Shown: positions 35,301-47,240, counted from the first letter of the stretch. The stretch is 64,000 nt of DNA from Octopus sinensis (GCF_006345805.1 NC_042999.1:68386001-68450000); one strand, 5' to 3'. Numbers and translations: made by a program. Notes: generated by a model not told the origin, from the letters alone.

Positions 35301-35724
35301 CTCAGTCGAACCAATTCTACTATATGGCTCAGAAACCTGGACGTTATCAAAGAAGCTTGAGAGGTGGTTGGATGGAACTTACACTCGCCTCCTTATGAGA
35401 GCTCAAAAACTCTCGTGGAAGCGTCATCCAATCAAAGTACAAATATATGGGAAACTACCACCTGTATCATCTCTTGTGAAAGGTAGAAGAGTCCAGTTTG
35501 CTGGACATTGTTGTAGAGCTGAAAACGAGGTAATTTCTACTCTTCTCCTCTGGAAGCCATCTGCTTGCGATACCAGAGGGCGTACACTCTCCTACCCTGA
35601 TGTAATCTCCAGGGATACAGGCATCCAGCAACAGGACCTCCGTAATGCTATGATGGACCGTGAAGTCTGGCGTAACACAGTAAATTCCATTGTCTCGACC
35701 ACGGTCGAACAATGATGATGATGA
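35301..35724 (+). mobile_element. 5'-truncated RTE-clade LINE, C-terminal ORF uninterrupted
   Basis: SVEPILLYGSETWTL...RRVQFAGHCCRA...MMDREVWRNTV..EQ* followed by a (TGA)n tail. Confidence 0.85.
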
Positions 35725-36329
35725 AGAGTCTGTTTGCACTGTCAAGGCTGACACAGGCTACAAAAGAAATGTACCCCCCAACAACGCCACCATCGACACT
35801 ACTACTACTTATTCTGGACCGTACTATACCATTCCTTTAACTTTAATAGACAAAATTCCTAATCGTTGGTTGAACAGAGGTGAGCAAGTGGGGTGTAGGT
35901 TATATTTGTATTAGAATTAGAATGAGAGTTGTTGTTGTTGTGTTCGTGTGGAGAGTGACATGATGTTGTGTAGGTGACAGAGAAAGTAGGAGGATTATCA
36001 GGAAAAAATGTCTGAGAGAGGGAAGAGAGGTGCTTATTGGGATGAAAGGGGAAAGAGAAAAGCCGGGTACAGGTATGAAAATAAATACAGCTGTCAACTG
36101 GTATTGAATCGGACGAGACAGAGATAGAGAGAGACGGGAGAAGGGAGAGAAGTGCGGAGGAGGGGGAGAAGAGAGAGATTGAGATAGAGAAAGAAGAGGG
36201 GGGAAAGGGTGAGAGAAAGACGAGAATAATTTGGGGTGGGGTTTCATTTGAAGGTAGACTCTATCACTGTTGGTCGTAGAATGAACATGGGACTTCGAAG
36301 TGAGAATGGATGTGGCGTGCAGTGTAATA

Positions 36330-36715
36330 TATCTTTTATCTTTTGCTTGCTCCAGTGATTGGACATAGGCCCCGTGCTGAGGTACCGCTTTGAAGGGTTT
36401 TAGTCGAATGAAAGGGTCCTAGTAATTTTTAAAGCCTGCTACTTATTCTATCTGTCTATTTTGTCGAACCGCTAAGTTACGGGGATATAAATGAACCAAC
36501 ACCAATTTTCAGGCAGTGATGGAGGGCACGCACGCACACACACACACACACACACACCTTAGATATATATACGGGCCTCTTTCAGTTTCTGTCTACCAAA
36601 TCCATTCATAAGTCTTTCGTTGGCCTGAGGATATAACAGAAGACACTTGATCAAGGTGCCACGCAGTGGTTCTGAACCTGGAACCGAGTGGTCGGGAAGT
36701 CGACTTCTTACCACA
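36330..36715 (-). mobile_element. SINE S1, diverged
   Basis: Reverse complement of S1 motifs. Confidence 0.7.
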
Positions 36716-37638
36716 CACATCTATCTATCTATCTGCCTGCCTGCCTGCCTGCCTGTCTGTCCTATAAATGTTTGCCAACACTGCACGAATAGACTAAACC
36801 TAGTATCTGTAGCCAGTATCTTCCCGGACAGAAAATGAAGGAGCAATCGGACCAGTTTCGTCAGTGTTTATAAACCCACTATTACAAAGGGCTCAGATAA
36901 ATTGAATAATCCGATTTGCATATTAACACTTATTCTTGGTAGCTAGGTTGATTGATAAATCGTTGCTGCATTGACAGTAGTTTGTTTCAGTGCTGTTATA
37001 TTTTACTGTGTATGTCTAAACATCTTAGCTAACACTAACAGATAGTAGTTTTTATCTTGTAAACAGTAAAAAGTATCAGCTTAGTTTAATTTCTGTTGGA
37101 CTTTCGTCAGAGGCTGGAAACTATTTTTGATTGTCCACAGAGACAATGCTTATATATTTATTATAACTAAGGATCTAAATAAAGACCCTATCTGATATAA
37201 ATAAAAAATGTCTTTGTTAGACACGTATTGTCTCCAAGCGTGTGAATAACGAGAGAGAGAAAAAGAGAAAAAGGGGGAGAGAGACAGATAGAAAACGGTG
37301 AAAGAGGGTGGGGAGAAAAAAAGGGAATTAGAGAAGGACGAAGAAAACAGTGTGGAGTAGAGTCGCATCAAAAAGGTTAAGATAAACTTACTTGGAAATG
37401 GATCGGTGGCGTTCAGTTAAATAAATATGTGTGTGTGTATTTATATGTGTATGCGTTTGTGCTAATCTCCCACCTTCGCTTGACAACCTATGTTGGAGTG
37501 TTTACGTCCCCCGTAACATAGCAGTTCGGCTTAAGTAACCGATAGAATGAAGAATAAGCCTGGGGTCGATTTCTTCTGCATGACCGCAGTCAAATGACTG
37601 AAACGGTCATTTTCACAGCATTTTTTTTTATTGTCTTA

Positions 37639-37697
37639 ATAACTGACGAGATGCCGGGGCAGTTTTCCGCCCCGACATCCGAAACTCGGAGTTTTAT
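37639..37697 (+). ncRNA. Type I hammerhead with long GC-rich stem II
   Basis: ATAA-CTGACGA-GATGCCGGGGC AGTTTTCC GCCCCGACATC-C-GAAA-CTCGGAGT-T-TTAT. Confidence 0.6.
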
Positions 37698-37933
37698 AAT
37701 GTCAACCGAATAATTGTCACATATTATACTACAGATATTACTCTTTACTCATTTGCTTGTTTCAGTCATTTGACTGAAGCACCGCCTTTAGTCGAGTAAA
37801 TTGACCCCTGAGCTTATTCTTTGTAAACCTAGTACTTATTCTATCGGTTTCTTTTGCCGAACCGCTAAGTTACGGGGACGTAAACAAACGACCATCGGTT
37901 GTCAAGCACAGACACACAAGCATATACATACAT

Positions 37934-38016
<83 letters not shown>

Positions 38017-38021
<5 letters not shown>

Positions 38022-38385
38022 ATATAAACGGCAGTTTGTCTGTGCGTTTTCTGTGTGTCTGTTTTCTCGTACCCTCACTCTGACCACGGCTTTCAACCGA
38101 TTCTGATGAAACTTGACACACACATAGCCCAATGTCATAATTCAAAACTAACGCAGCGAAAATTTTGAAAAGTTCCCCCAGTTCTGAAAAAAATCGATAA
38201 ATTCGACATGGGGTCGAGAATCAGAAACCCAAACCACAGACCGTCTAGGGGACGCAACTCCACCTTTTTTAACTCTGAAAAAAAATTTACCATCATTTTT
38301 TTTCTATTTTTTGGCTATAACTCTCTAAAAATGCTTTATAGTTATTTCCCTTACAAACCTGAGCAACGCCGGGCGATACTGCTAG
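38017..38385 (+). mobile_element. Helitron family B, copy 1
   Basis: A|TCTCTATATAAACGGCAG ... hairpin + CTAG. Confidence 0.85.
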
Positions 38386-38769
38386 TATATATATATAAAC
38401 GGCAGTTTGTCTGTGCGTGTTTCTGTGTGTCTGTTTGCTTGTACCCTCACCCTGACCACGGCTTTCAACCGATTCTGATGAAACTTGACACACACATAGC
38501 CCAATGTCATAATTCAAAACTAACGCAGCCAAAATTTTGAAAAGTTTCCCCAGTTCTGAAAAAAATCGATAAATTCGACATGGGGTCGAGAATCAGAAAC
38601 ACGAACCACAAACTGTCTAGGGGACGCAACTCCATCCTTTTTTAACTCTCACAAAAAAATTTACCATCATTTTTTTCCATTTTTTTTGCTATTTTTTGGC
38701 TATAACTCTCTAAAAATGCTTTATAGTTATTTCCCTTACAAACCTGAGCAACGCCGGGCGATACTGCTA

Positions 38770-38770
<1 letters not shown>
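38386..38770 (+). mobile_element. Helitron family B, copy 2 (head-to-tail)
   Basis: Immediately follows the copy 1 CTAG; ends CTAG|T at 38770. Confidence 0.85.
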
Positions 38771-38823
<53 letters not shown>

Positions 38824-39849
38824 GATGGGCTTCATTCAGTTTCAGTCTACCAAATCCAGTCACAAATCTTTGGTCGGCCCGAGGCTATTGTAGAAGACAC
38901 TTGCCCAAGGTGCGACGTAGTGGGACTGAACCCGGGACTATGTGGTTCGTAAGCAAGCAACTTACCACACAGCCACACACACACGTGTGTGTGTGTGTGT
39001 GTTTGTATATTCATCATTCAAATAATGTCTAGTACAAGTACGGAGAAGTGTTATTCTCGGTTGTAAGTTCAAACGAAGACACACACACACACACGCATTC
39101 ATTTAAATTGTGTGTGTGTTCGTGTGTATGCGTGCGTGCGTACTTGTGTGTGCGTTCCTTTCGTGGTTCAATCGGGTACTCATACATAAACAGTTAGACT
39201 CACAATTATAAACTAACACAAACGAACGCATGAAAACAAGGACTCATACATACACAACCCAACACACAAATACGTGGATCTAGGCCTTCCCACAAAACAA
39301 AAAACACAAAACAAAACCAAGTAAAAACAAAAACAAAAAAAATGACTAACAAACCAAAAACGATTGGATTAACAGTTGTTCTAAGTAGCCCATTTACTGA
39401 CTATTTAGCAGACATTACCACTATGTAAACGGACCGATAAATCCCTCTTTCACAGCTCGGTCGTGACATCAAAGACGTTGCGGCCCTCGTTTCAGAAGAT
39501 ACAATAGCCAAATCTTGAATATATTTACCTATATTAATAGATGTCATTTATTTCATTTCCGTCAGCCCGCCTTGTGTGTGTGTTTTTTTTAAATATAGTT
39601 TATTTATTTATTTATTTTATTCGTTTATTTCTCTCCGAAACAATTTTCATTCCGCTTTTTTTAACTGCTGACATAAATATTCATACAAATTTCGGACAAA
39701 TAACGATGATGATGACAACCAAGAAACTGGTGATAATAGTTATGATTCTACAACAACAACTACCACTTACTAGAAATTTTTAAATAACTACAAGTAGTAG
39801 TAATTATTGTAGTAATAGTAATAATTATTAAAAAATGTCTACTACTACT

Positions 39850-40005
39850 ACTGTGTGGTAAGTAGCTTGCTTACCAACCACATGGTTCTAGGTTCAGTCC
39901 CACTGCGTGGCACCTTGGGCAAGTATCTTCTACTAAGCCTCGGGCCGACCAAAGCCTTGTGAGTGGATTTGGTAGACGGAAACTGAATGAAGCCCGACGT
40001 GTATG

Positions 40006-40046
<41 letters not shown>

Positions 40047-40241
40047 TTGTGTGTCTGTGTTTGTCCCCCCAACATCGCTTGACGACCGATGTGTTTACGT
40101 CCCCGTAACTTAGCGGTTCGGCAAAAGAGACCGATAGAATAAATACTAGGTTTACAAAGAATAAGTTCTGGGGTCGATTTGCTCGACTAAAGGCGGTGCT
40201 CCACCATGGCCACAGTCAAATAACTGAAACAAGTAAAAGAG
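39850..40241 (+). mobile_element. SINE S1, young-looking
   Basis: Close to the consensus of the S1 copies in this window. Confidence 0.85.
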
Positions 40242-40639
40242 TAAAAAAGAGTACTACTAGTAGTTGTAGTAGCAATTATTTAAAACTTTCTACTACTACT
40301 ATTACTAGTAATTATTTTTGAAGTTTTACTACTACTACTACTACTACTAATTATTTAAACATTTCTACTACTAAGTAAATTTTGGCACAAGGCCAGCAGT
40401 TTTGAGGAAAGGTAGGAGTTGATTGCATCGACCCCAATACATAACTGGTAATTATTTTATCGACTTCGAAAGGATGAACGGCTTAGTCGCAGAACGTAAA
40501 AAACCGGAAGAAACGCCGCTAGACATTTATTCCGACGTGCTAACCATTCTGCCTTACTTCGGTTGAGAGTAAACATGATAAATTTTGTCCTATTGTTATA
40601 ATGTATCGCTCACATATAAATATGCACACATTTCATATA

Positions 40640-40996
40640 TATATATATATATATAATAATAATAAATATTAGGGAATAAATCCAAATTTACAGGGAAAAA
40701 ATCAGATTTAGGATTAAATCCAATTTTATAGTAAAATATTATAAAATATTATTAGAGACAAAACCACTATTTTGCAAAACAAACAAGGAAAGACTTAATC
40801 AATACATAAAATTTTAATAAATAGTCAAAAAAACCGCCACTACAATTGTTTCTTGTCTTGATCGACAATCTTCAGGTGGACTTCCAATTTACAAGTCAGT
40901 TTCAAATTTGACTATTTATTAAAATTTTATGTATTGATTAAGTCTTTCCTTGTTTGTTTTGCAAAATAGTGGTTTTGTCTCTAATAATATTTTATA
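40640..40996 (-). mobile_element. Penelope-type mini-element: perfect 90-bp inverted repeat around a hammerhead
   Basis: 40740-40829 is the exact reverse complement of 40907-40996. Confidence 0.75.
40837..40879 (-). ncRNA. Minimal type I hammerhead ribozyme motif
   Basis: CCAC-CTGAAGA-TTGTC GATCAA GACAA-GAAA-CAATTG-TA-GTGG; palindromic ACAATTGT stem III, GUA triplet. Confidence 0.75.
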
Positions 40997-41020
40997 TATA
41001 TATATATATATTTGTGTGTA

Positions 41021-41069
<49 letters not shown>

Positions 41070-41587
41070 AGAGGATTTAGAAATTTCTAGTTTGGTGAAC
41101 AGGTGGGCATTTAGCCTATCAAGGAGTGTTGAGCTCAGAGCCGTGGCGAAGGCAACTAAACCAGGGAATGGAGAGCTCTTACAGAAAAACCTGAGGCATG
41201 TTATTCATTGAGTTTGTGGCGAACACATGAACCAAACTTCTATCAACATTTCTACGAAGTGTGACTGATCCTACACGAGCCTTCACCACTGAAAGCAAAT
41301 CATCTGTGAGATTAATCTAGCTGTTGGATCCTCATATGTCCAAGCCGACAGGAGAGTCCACAATACATACACACGTATTTAAATACATTTACATACACAT
41401 GCATACATATACACACACACATGTATATATACACACACACTCTTGATTCCTATAAAGCAAGAATTTATCTTATGCTTTATTTATTAAAGATAATTTTTAT
41501 TGTGTTTTTCATTCAAATTAATTCGACTGACCTTACTGAATTAGTTTTCTTAGCTCCTTCTTGCTTTAATTATACACAATACTATTG

Positions 41588-41930
41588 GTGAAGGCGCATG
41601 GCTCAGGGGTAAGAGCGTGGACCTCACCATCATGAAGTAGTGAGTTCGATTCCCGGACCGCGCTGTGTGTTGTGTTCTTGCGCAAGGCACTTTATTTCAC
41701 GCTGCTCCAGTTCACTCAGCTGTAGAAATGAATTGCGACGCAATTGATGCCGAACTGTATCGTCCTTTACCCTTCCCTTAGATAACATCGGTGGCATGTG
41801 GGAAGGAGAGGCTGATATGCATGGGCGACTGCTGGTCTTCCATAAACAACCTTGCCCGGACTTGTGCCCGAGAGAACTTTCTAGGTGCAATCCCATGGTC
41901 ATTCATGACCGAAGGGGGTCTTTACCTTTT
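41588..41930 (+). mobile_element. SINE S3, full length
   Basis: A box TGGCTCAGGGG, B box GAGTTCGATTCC, core CACTTTATTTCACGCTGCTCCAGTTCACTCAGCTG. Confidence 0.8.
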
Positions 41931-42326
41931 ATAGGAAATATATGTTCTCTACTCTTATTGTGCAGGAATCAAAGTAAGGTAACTGCTGTGCCTTTGACGC
42001 CTATTGAGACAGAAATAGAACAGCTGTTCTCTTGCCTCCAAACAACCAGACTGTCTTTTCATTAATCGCAATTTTTGCGAATTCATGATTCTTAAGATTA
42101 TCTCCCTCTTTTCATTCGGTGTTAGTCCCAATTGCCACTCAGCGATTGTTTTACCTTCTCTGAACGCGAAAATGATTTTCAACAAATCAAAAGGTTATCT
42201 TGTGTAGTATTTAACGTACTCAGTATTCGTTTTGGTTGCTTAAATTCATGCCAGTTGCCACCCTGAGTTATTTCTCATAGGTCTTTGTTTTAACATTTCT
42301 CTCTCTCCCTCTCTAGATATGTAATT

Positions 42327-42378
<52 letters not shown>

Positions 42379-42381
<3 letters not shown>

Positions 42382-42677
42382 TATTATAAAAGGCAGATTT
42401 TATCTGCCTCCCTTTGGGAGTTATAGAAATCTACAATATAGGATTTCTTCAATTACAATTTACCTACCATTTTTAAGAGTAGAATGCATCGCGTCATGCC
42501 AGGTCCAGTTTTTAAAATTTAAACTCCAATTAAGCAAAATTTACAGAAAACTCACATTCTGGTGTGTGTGTGTCAAATGCTTTTCTTAGTCTGGTTTACA
42601 CCACACGCAAACGCACACACACAGTGTGCAACGAATAAAATGAAAGTAAATAGCGACAGAGTGATTTGAGGAAGACT
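42379..42677 (+). mobile_element. Helitron-like 5' module D
   Basis: A|TCTTATTATAAAAGGCAG; lacks a segment present in the 43934 copy (deletion at AGTAA microhomology). Confidence 0.55.
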
Positions 42678-43539
42678 AAACTGGAAGTATTTAAACCACT
42701 ACTCAAAAAATAAAAAAACACAGCAAACAGAAACAAATATTTACTCCTCACACAATTTCTTCAATTACAATTTACCTAAGATTTTTCAGAGTACTTCAGT
42801 GGGTGATGCCATAAAAAATTTCTTTCAATTTTACCACCAATTAAGACAAAATTCGAGAAAACTCAATATTTTAACATATCACTCCGAAAGCATTGATGTA
42901 CATGTGTGCGTGCGTGAGTGTGTGTGTGTGTCATTCCTCACACACACGCATACACATACATATACAACTACATACAACTACATACACATACAACTACATA
43001 CAAACACGTGTGTGTTTGTTATTAGTAAAAAAGGCGCCAAAACTCAACTCACTTATCATTCCAACACATTTGCAAAGACACACGGACGGACAGAAAAGGT
43101 AAATTGGTTTTTATTTTACTCTGTATATATTTTATTATATAATATTATATATAGATATATGTATATATAATTGCAGTATGAAACAGTGTTTATGTATAAA
43201 CAGACGACACTTATATATAGTTACCAAGCCGCCCGAATTTACCTATTCATATTTAAATGAGAATATCAGAGCAAATCTCTTTAGTACATTCGTGAAAACA
43301 CGTATTATACTTCGTAAACACTTCAACTACAGTTTTGTACAAAAATCAAAGTGTAATTTTAATTCCGTGAATTATGGGAGATTTTTTTTCCGAAATTTGT
43401 TCCTATTGTGTTTTCAAAATTTGTAATTCTGACAAAAAATGGATACGAATTTCATTATATCAAGCAGCGAGTCAGAATTCGAAGGATTTTCTACTGAAGA
43501 CCTTCATAAATCTAACTCTATGACTGAAAAAAAAAAGCA

Positions 43540-43933
43540 TCTTTATATAAGAGTGAAGTTGTGTGTCTGTCTCCTACGATTTAGATTCCTAACTACTCCC
43601 ACATTTTGCGGTGCAGTTTAACCAAAACCGGGTATCTTATAGTCGTGATTCATATCGAGCTCTTCTGGGTATTAGCGTGCGTCTACGATGAGTCTACGAT
43701 TTAAAAAAAATTTACCATCGTATTTTTCCATTTTAATGCATTTTTTCGCTTTTATATAAGGGAAGTAACTCTCTAAAAATATCTACGATGTGTCAACGAT
43801 TAAAAAAAAATTTACCTTAATTTTTTTTCAATTTTTAATGCATTTTTTTGCTATTTTTTGGCTATAACTCTCTAAAAATGCTTATATAGTTATTTCCCTT
43901 ACAAACCCGAGCAACGCCGGGCGATACTGCTAG
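43540..43933 (+). mobile_element. Helitron family A
   Basis: A|TCTTTATATAAGAGTGAAG ... CTAG, joined directly to the TC of the next D module. Confidence 0.85.
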
Positions 43934-44375
43934 TCTTATTATAAAAGGCAGATTTTATCTGCCTCTCTTTGTCAGTTATAGAAATCTACAATATAGGATT
44001 TCTTCAATTACAATTTACCTAGCATTTTTAAGAGTAGAATGCATCGAGTCATGCCAGGTCCAGTTTTTAAAATTTAAACTCCAATTAAGAAAAATTTACA
44101 GAAAACTCACATTCTGGTGTGTATGTAAAATGCTTTTCTTAATGTGGTTTACACCACACGCACACGCACACACACAGTGTGCAACGAATAAAATGAAAGT
44201 AATTCACTGTGTGCGTGTTGACAGGTAGACAATAGAATGCGATGGCGATGTAATATTTGTTTCTGTCTATCACGCTGATAGATACATGAGTAAAATGTAT
44301 GGCAAGCTAAGAGATAAGAGTGAGTGAAAATGTTCTTGGAAGAGAGTAAATAGTGAGAGTGATTTGAGGAAGACT
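43934..44375 (+). mobile_element. Helitron-like 5' module D
   Basis: CTAG|TCTTATTATAAAAGGCAG junction. Confidence 0.55.
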
Positions 44376-44424
44376 TTACATTAAATAACCGTAGTGGCTT
44401 GTATATATATATATATATACATAC

Positions 44425-45052
44425 ATAAGACAGTAAGGTGTGATTTGAGGGAGATTTGGCTGCTATTTCTACCATGTCTAGCTGCCATGTAGGGGTCTCC
44501 CTCATAGGCTCATACATACATATATACATAGATAAGACAGTAAGGTGTGATTTGGGGGAAATTTGGCTGCTATTTCTACCAGGTCTAGCTACCATGTAGA
44601 GGTCCCCCTCATTGGCTCATATATATATACATACATAAGACAGTAAGGTGTGATTTGAGGGAGATTTGGCTGCTGTTTCTACCAGGTCTGTTAGGCCTTC
44701 TCATGTAAACTCAAGCTTTCTCATGCCTTGAACATAAGACCAAAGCAGAGAATGTATTCTTTTATTCTTCTGCTTTTTCCAGCCATTGGTCTGTGGCCAT
44801 GCTGGGGCAATGCCTTGAAGAATTGTAGTTTAATGAATCAACTCCAGTTTTATTTTTGTAAGCATTGTACTTATTCTATCTGTTTCCTTTGTCAAACCAC
44901 TAGGTGACAGGGATGTAAACAAACCAACATTCGTTGTCAAGCAGTGGTGGAGGACAATCACAAGCACAGACACGTACACACACACACATACATGCATACA
45001 CATATACACACATACATACATACATACATACATACATACATACATACATACA

Positions 45053-45099
<47 letters not shown>

Positions 45100-45926
45100 G
45101 TGTATATATATATTGCAGCGTGGAAGGTGTTTGTAAGCCATTTAAGAAACACACAAAAACCGTTAGATTCACTTCAACATTTAAATTTAATTTGCCAAAA
45201 TATTTTCGTCGCTTTGAGACCGCGACCTGTTCACTGACAAAAATATCGTGCTAACAGGTCGCGGTCTCAAAGCGACGAAAATATTTTGACAAATTAAATT
45301 TAAATGTTGAAGTGAATCTAACGGTTTTTGTGTGTTTCTTAAATGGCTTATAAACACCTTCAACGCTGCAACTGTTTTCGTTCCAGCACACGATCTCAGG
45401 TCAAGTCACTTGCTATGCAAGTACATCTCTGTAACTATATATATATATTTATATATATATATGTATATTGGTAAAAACAGTAAGATAACAAAAGAAAGAA
45501 AGAGACCTCAATATTATGTAAATAGAGGAAATCTTTATATATAAAAGTGAGGTTGTGTGTCTGTCTCCTACGATTTAGATTCCTAACTACTCCCACATTT
45601 TGCGGTGCAGTTTAACCAAAACCGGGTATCTTATAGTCGTGATTCATATCGAGACCGTCTGGGTATTAGCGCGCGTCTACGATGAGTCTACGATTAAAAA
45701 AAAAAATTACCATCAATTTTTCCCATTTTTAATCCATTTTTGACATATATAAGGGAAGTAACTCTCTAAAATTTATTATTAAATCTCAGAACGTAAAAAG
45801 CTACAGTAACATCCCTCCCCCTTTGTGGTTAGCCATATTGAGATGGCTATTATACTTTACATCTCTAAAAATGCTTATATAATTATTTCCCTTACAAACC
45901 CGAGCAACGCCGGGCGATACTGCTAG
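44425..45926 (+). repeat. Near-identical duplicate of 4685-6339
   Basis: Same order of 107-bp units, SINE half, foldback and Helitron A (45532-45926). Differences are mostly repeat-length changes. Confidence 0.9.
45192..45240 (-). ncRNA. Minimal hammerhead with G3-C8 swapped core, within foldback 45113-45371
   Basis: TTGTCA-GTGAACA-G-GTCGC GGTCTCAAA GCGAC-GAAA-ATATTT-TGGCAA. Confidence 0.6.
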
Positions 45927-46275
45927 TATATATATATATATATATAAACAGATTCATCGTATATATATATATACACACGCACAAACACAAGTGTGTGTGT
46001 ATGTATATATATATATATATATATAGACATACGCAAAGACACAAACATGCAAAAGTATGCATGTATATATGTATATATATAAACACACAAACACAGGTAT
46101 TTATATATTCACACACAAACACATATATATATATACACACACACACAAATATATACACACACACACACAAACACACACATATATACACACACACAAACCC
46201 ATATACATGCACACACGCATACGTACATACATATGTATATATATACACACATGTACATAAACATCATACGTATAT

Positions 46276-46307
46276 GTAATGATAGATAGATAGATAGATA
46301 CAATATG

Positions 46308-46340
<33 letters not shown>

Positions 46341-47206
46341 CAATATGAGATAGAGAGATAGATAGATACAATATGAGATAGATGGATACATACATACATA
46401 CGATAGATATATGCATATATTAGACAGATTCATACATACACACATTCATACGATAGAAAGATACGTACGTACATAAATACGAAAGATAGATACATACGTA
46501 CACAAATAGGATAGATAGGTACATGCATATATTATATATATATATACGCGCGCACACACACACATATTTTTCTGTATGTACGTTAAAATAATGTCGGCAG
46601 TTATTGAGGTGTTTGTTATCATCAAACTATATATTTTGTTCGACGTTTCTGTCTCTCAGCCTCCCTTTGTCATTTATTATTATTATTATTTTTATTATCA
46701 TTCTAAATTATATTTTAGGCCAAGGGTCGTTTGCTAAAATTCATATTTCATGTTAAGCGGCCGTCAGTGAAAATTATATTTATACACTCCATCAATGAAA
46801 AATACTTTTCATTTATTTTGCCAGCATTCTAACTTAAAATATTCCCATCTATTAGCAACATATTAACCATTTATATATCTTATCACTTTTTCCCTTTATC
46901 TATCTACCCATCTATCAATCCAATTTATCTATGTATCTCTCAATCCTATTTATGTACGCTTCCATCAATCCTATCTATCTATCTATCTATTTATCTATCT
47001 ATCTAATATATGCATGTACCTTTCTGGCTATCTGATGTACGTACGCATGTATGTATGTATCTATCGTATTTGTGTACGTATGTATCTATCTTTCGTATTT
47101 ATGTACGTACGTATCTTTCTATCGTATGAATGTGTGTATGTATGAATCTGTCTAATATATGCATATATCTATCGTATGTATGTATGTATCCATCTATCTC
47201 ATATTG

Positions 47207-47240
<34 letters not shown>

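Larger units (their letters stand above)
37750..38976 (-). mobile_element. SINE S1 split by a Helitron dimer in its microsatellite linker
   Basis: 3' half at about 37750-37950, 5' half at about 38821-38976. Confidence 0.75.

Noticed and set aside
37090-37125. CTGACGA..GAAA motif on the minus strand; also CTGACGAAAC at about 36855
   Set aside because: No credible stem II or stem III.
41955-42190. Possible pogo/CENP-B-like HTH fragment on the minus strand
   Set aside because: Only vague residue similarity; no motif I can confirm.
43439-43530. MDTNFIISSSESEFEGFSTEDL, reminiscent of acidic piggyBac/pogo termini
   Set aside because: Too short; cut by the Helitron, and no TIR or TTAA was found.
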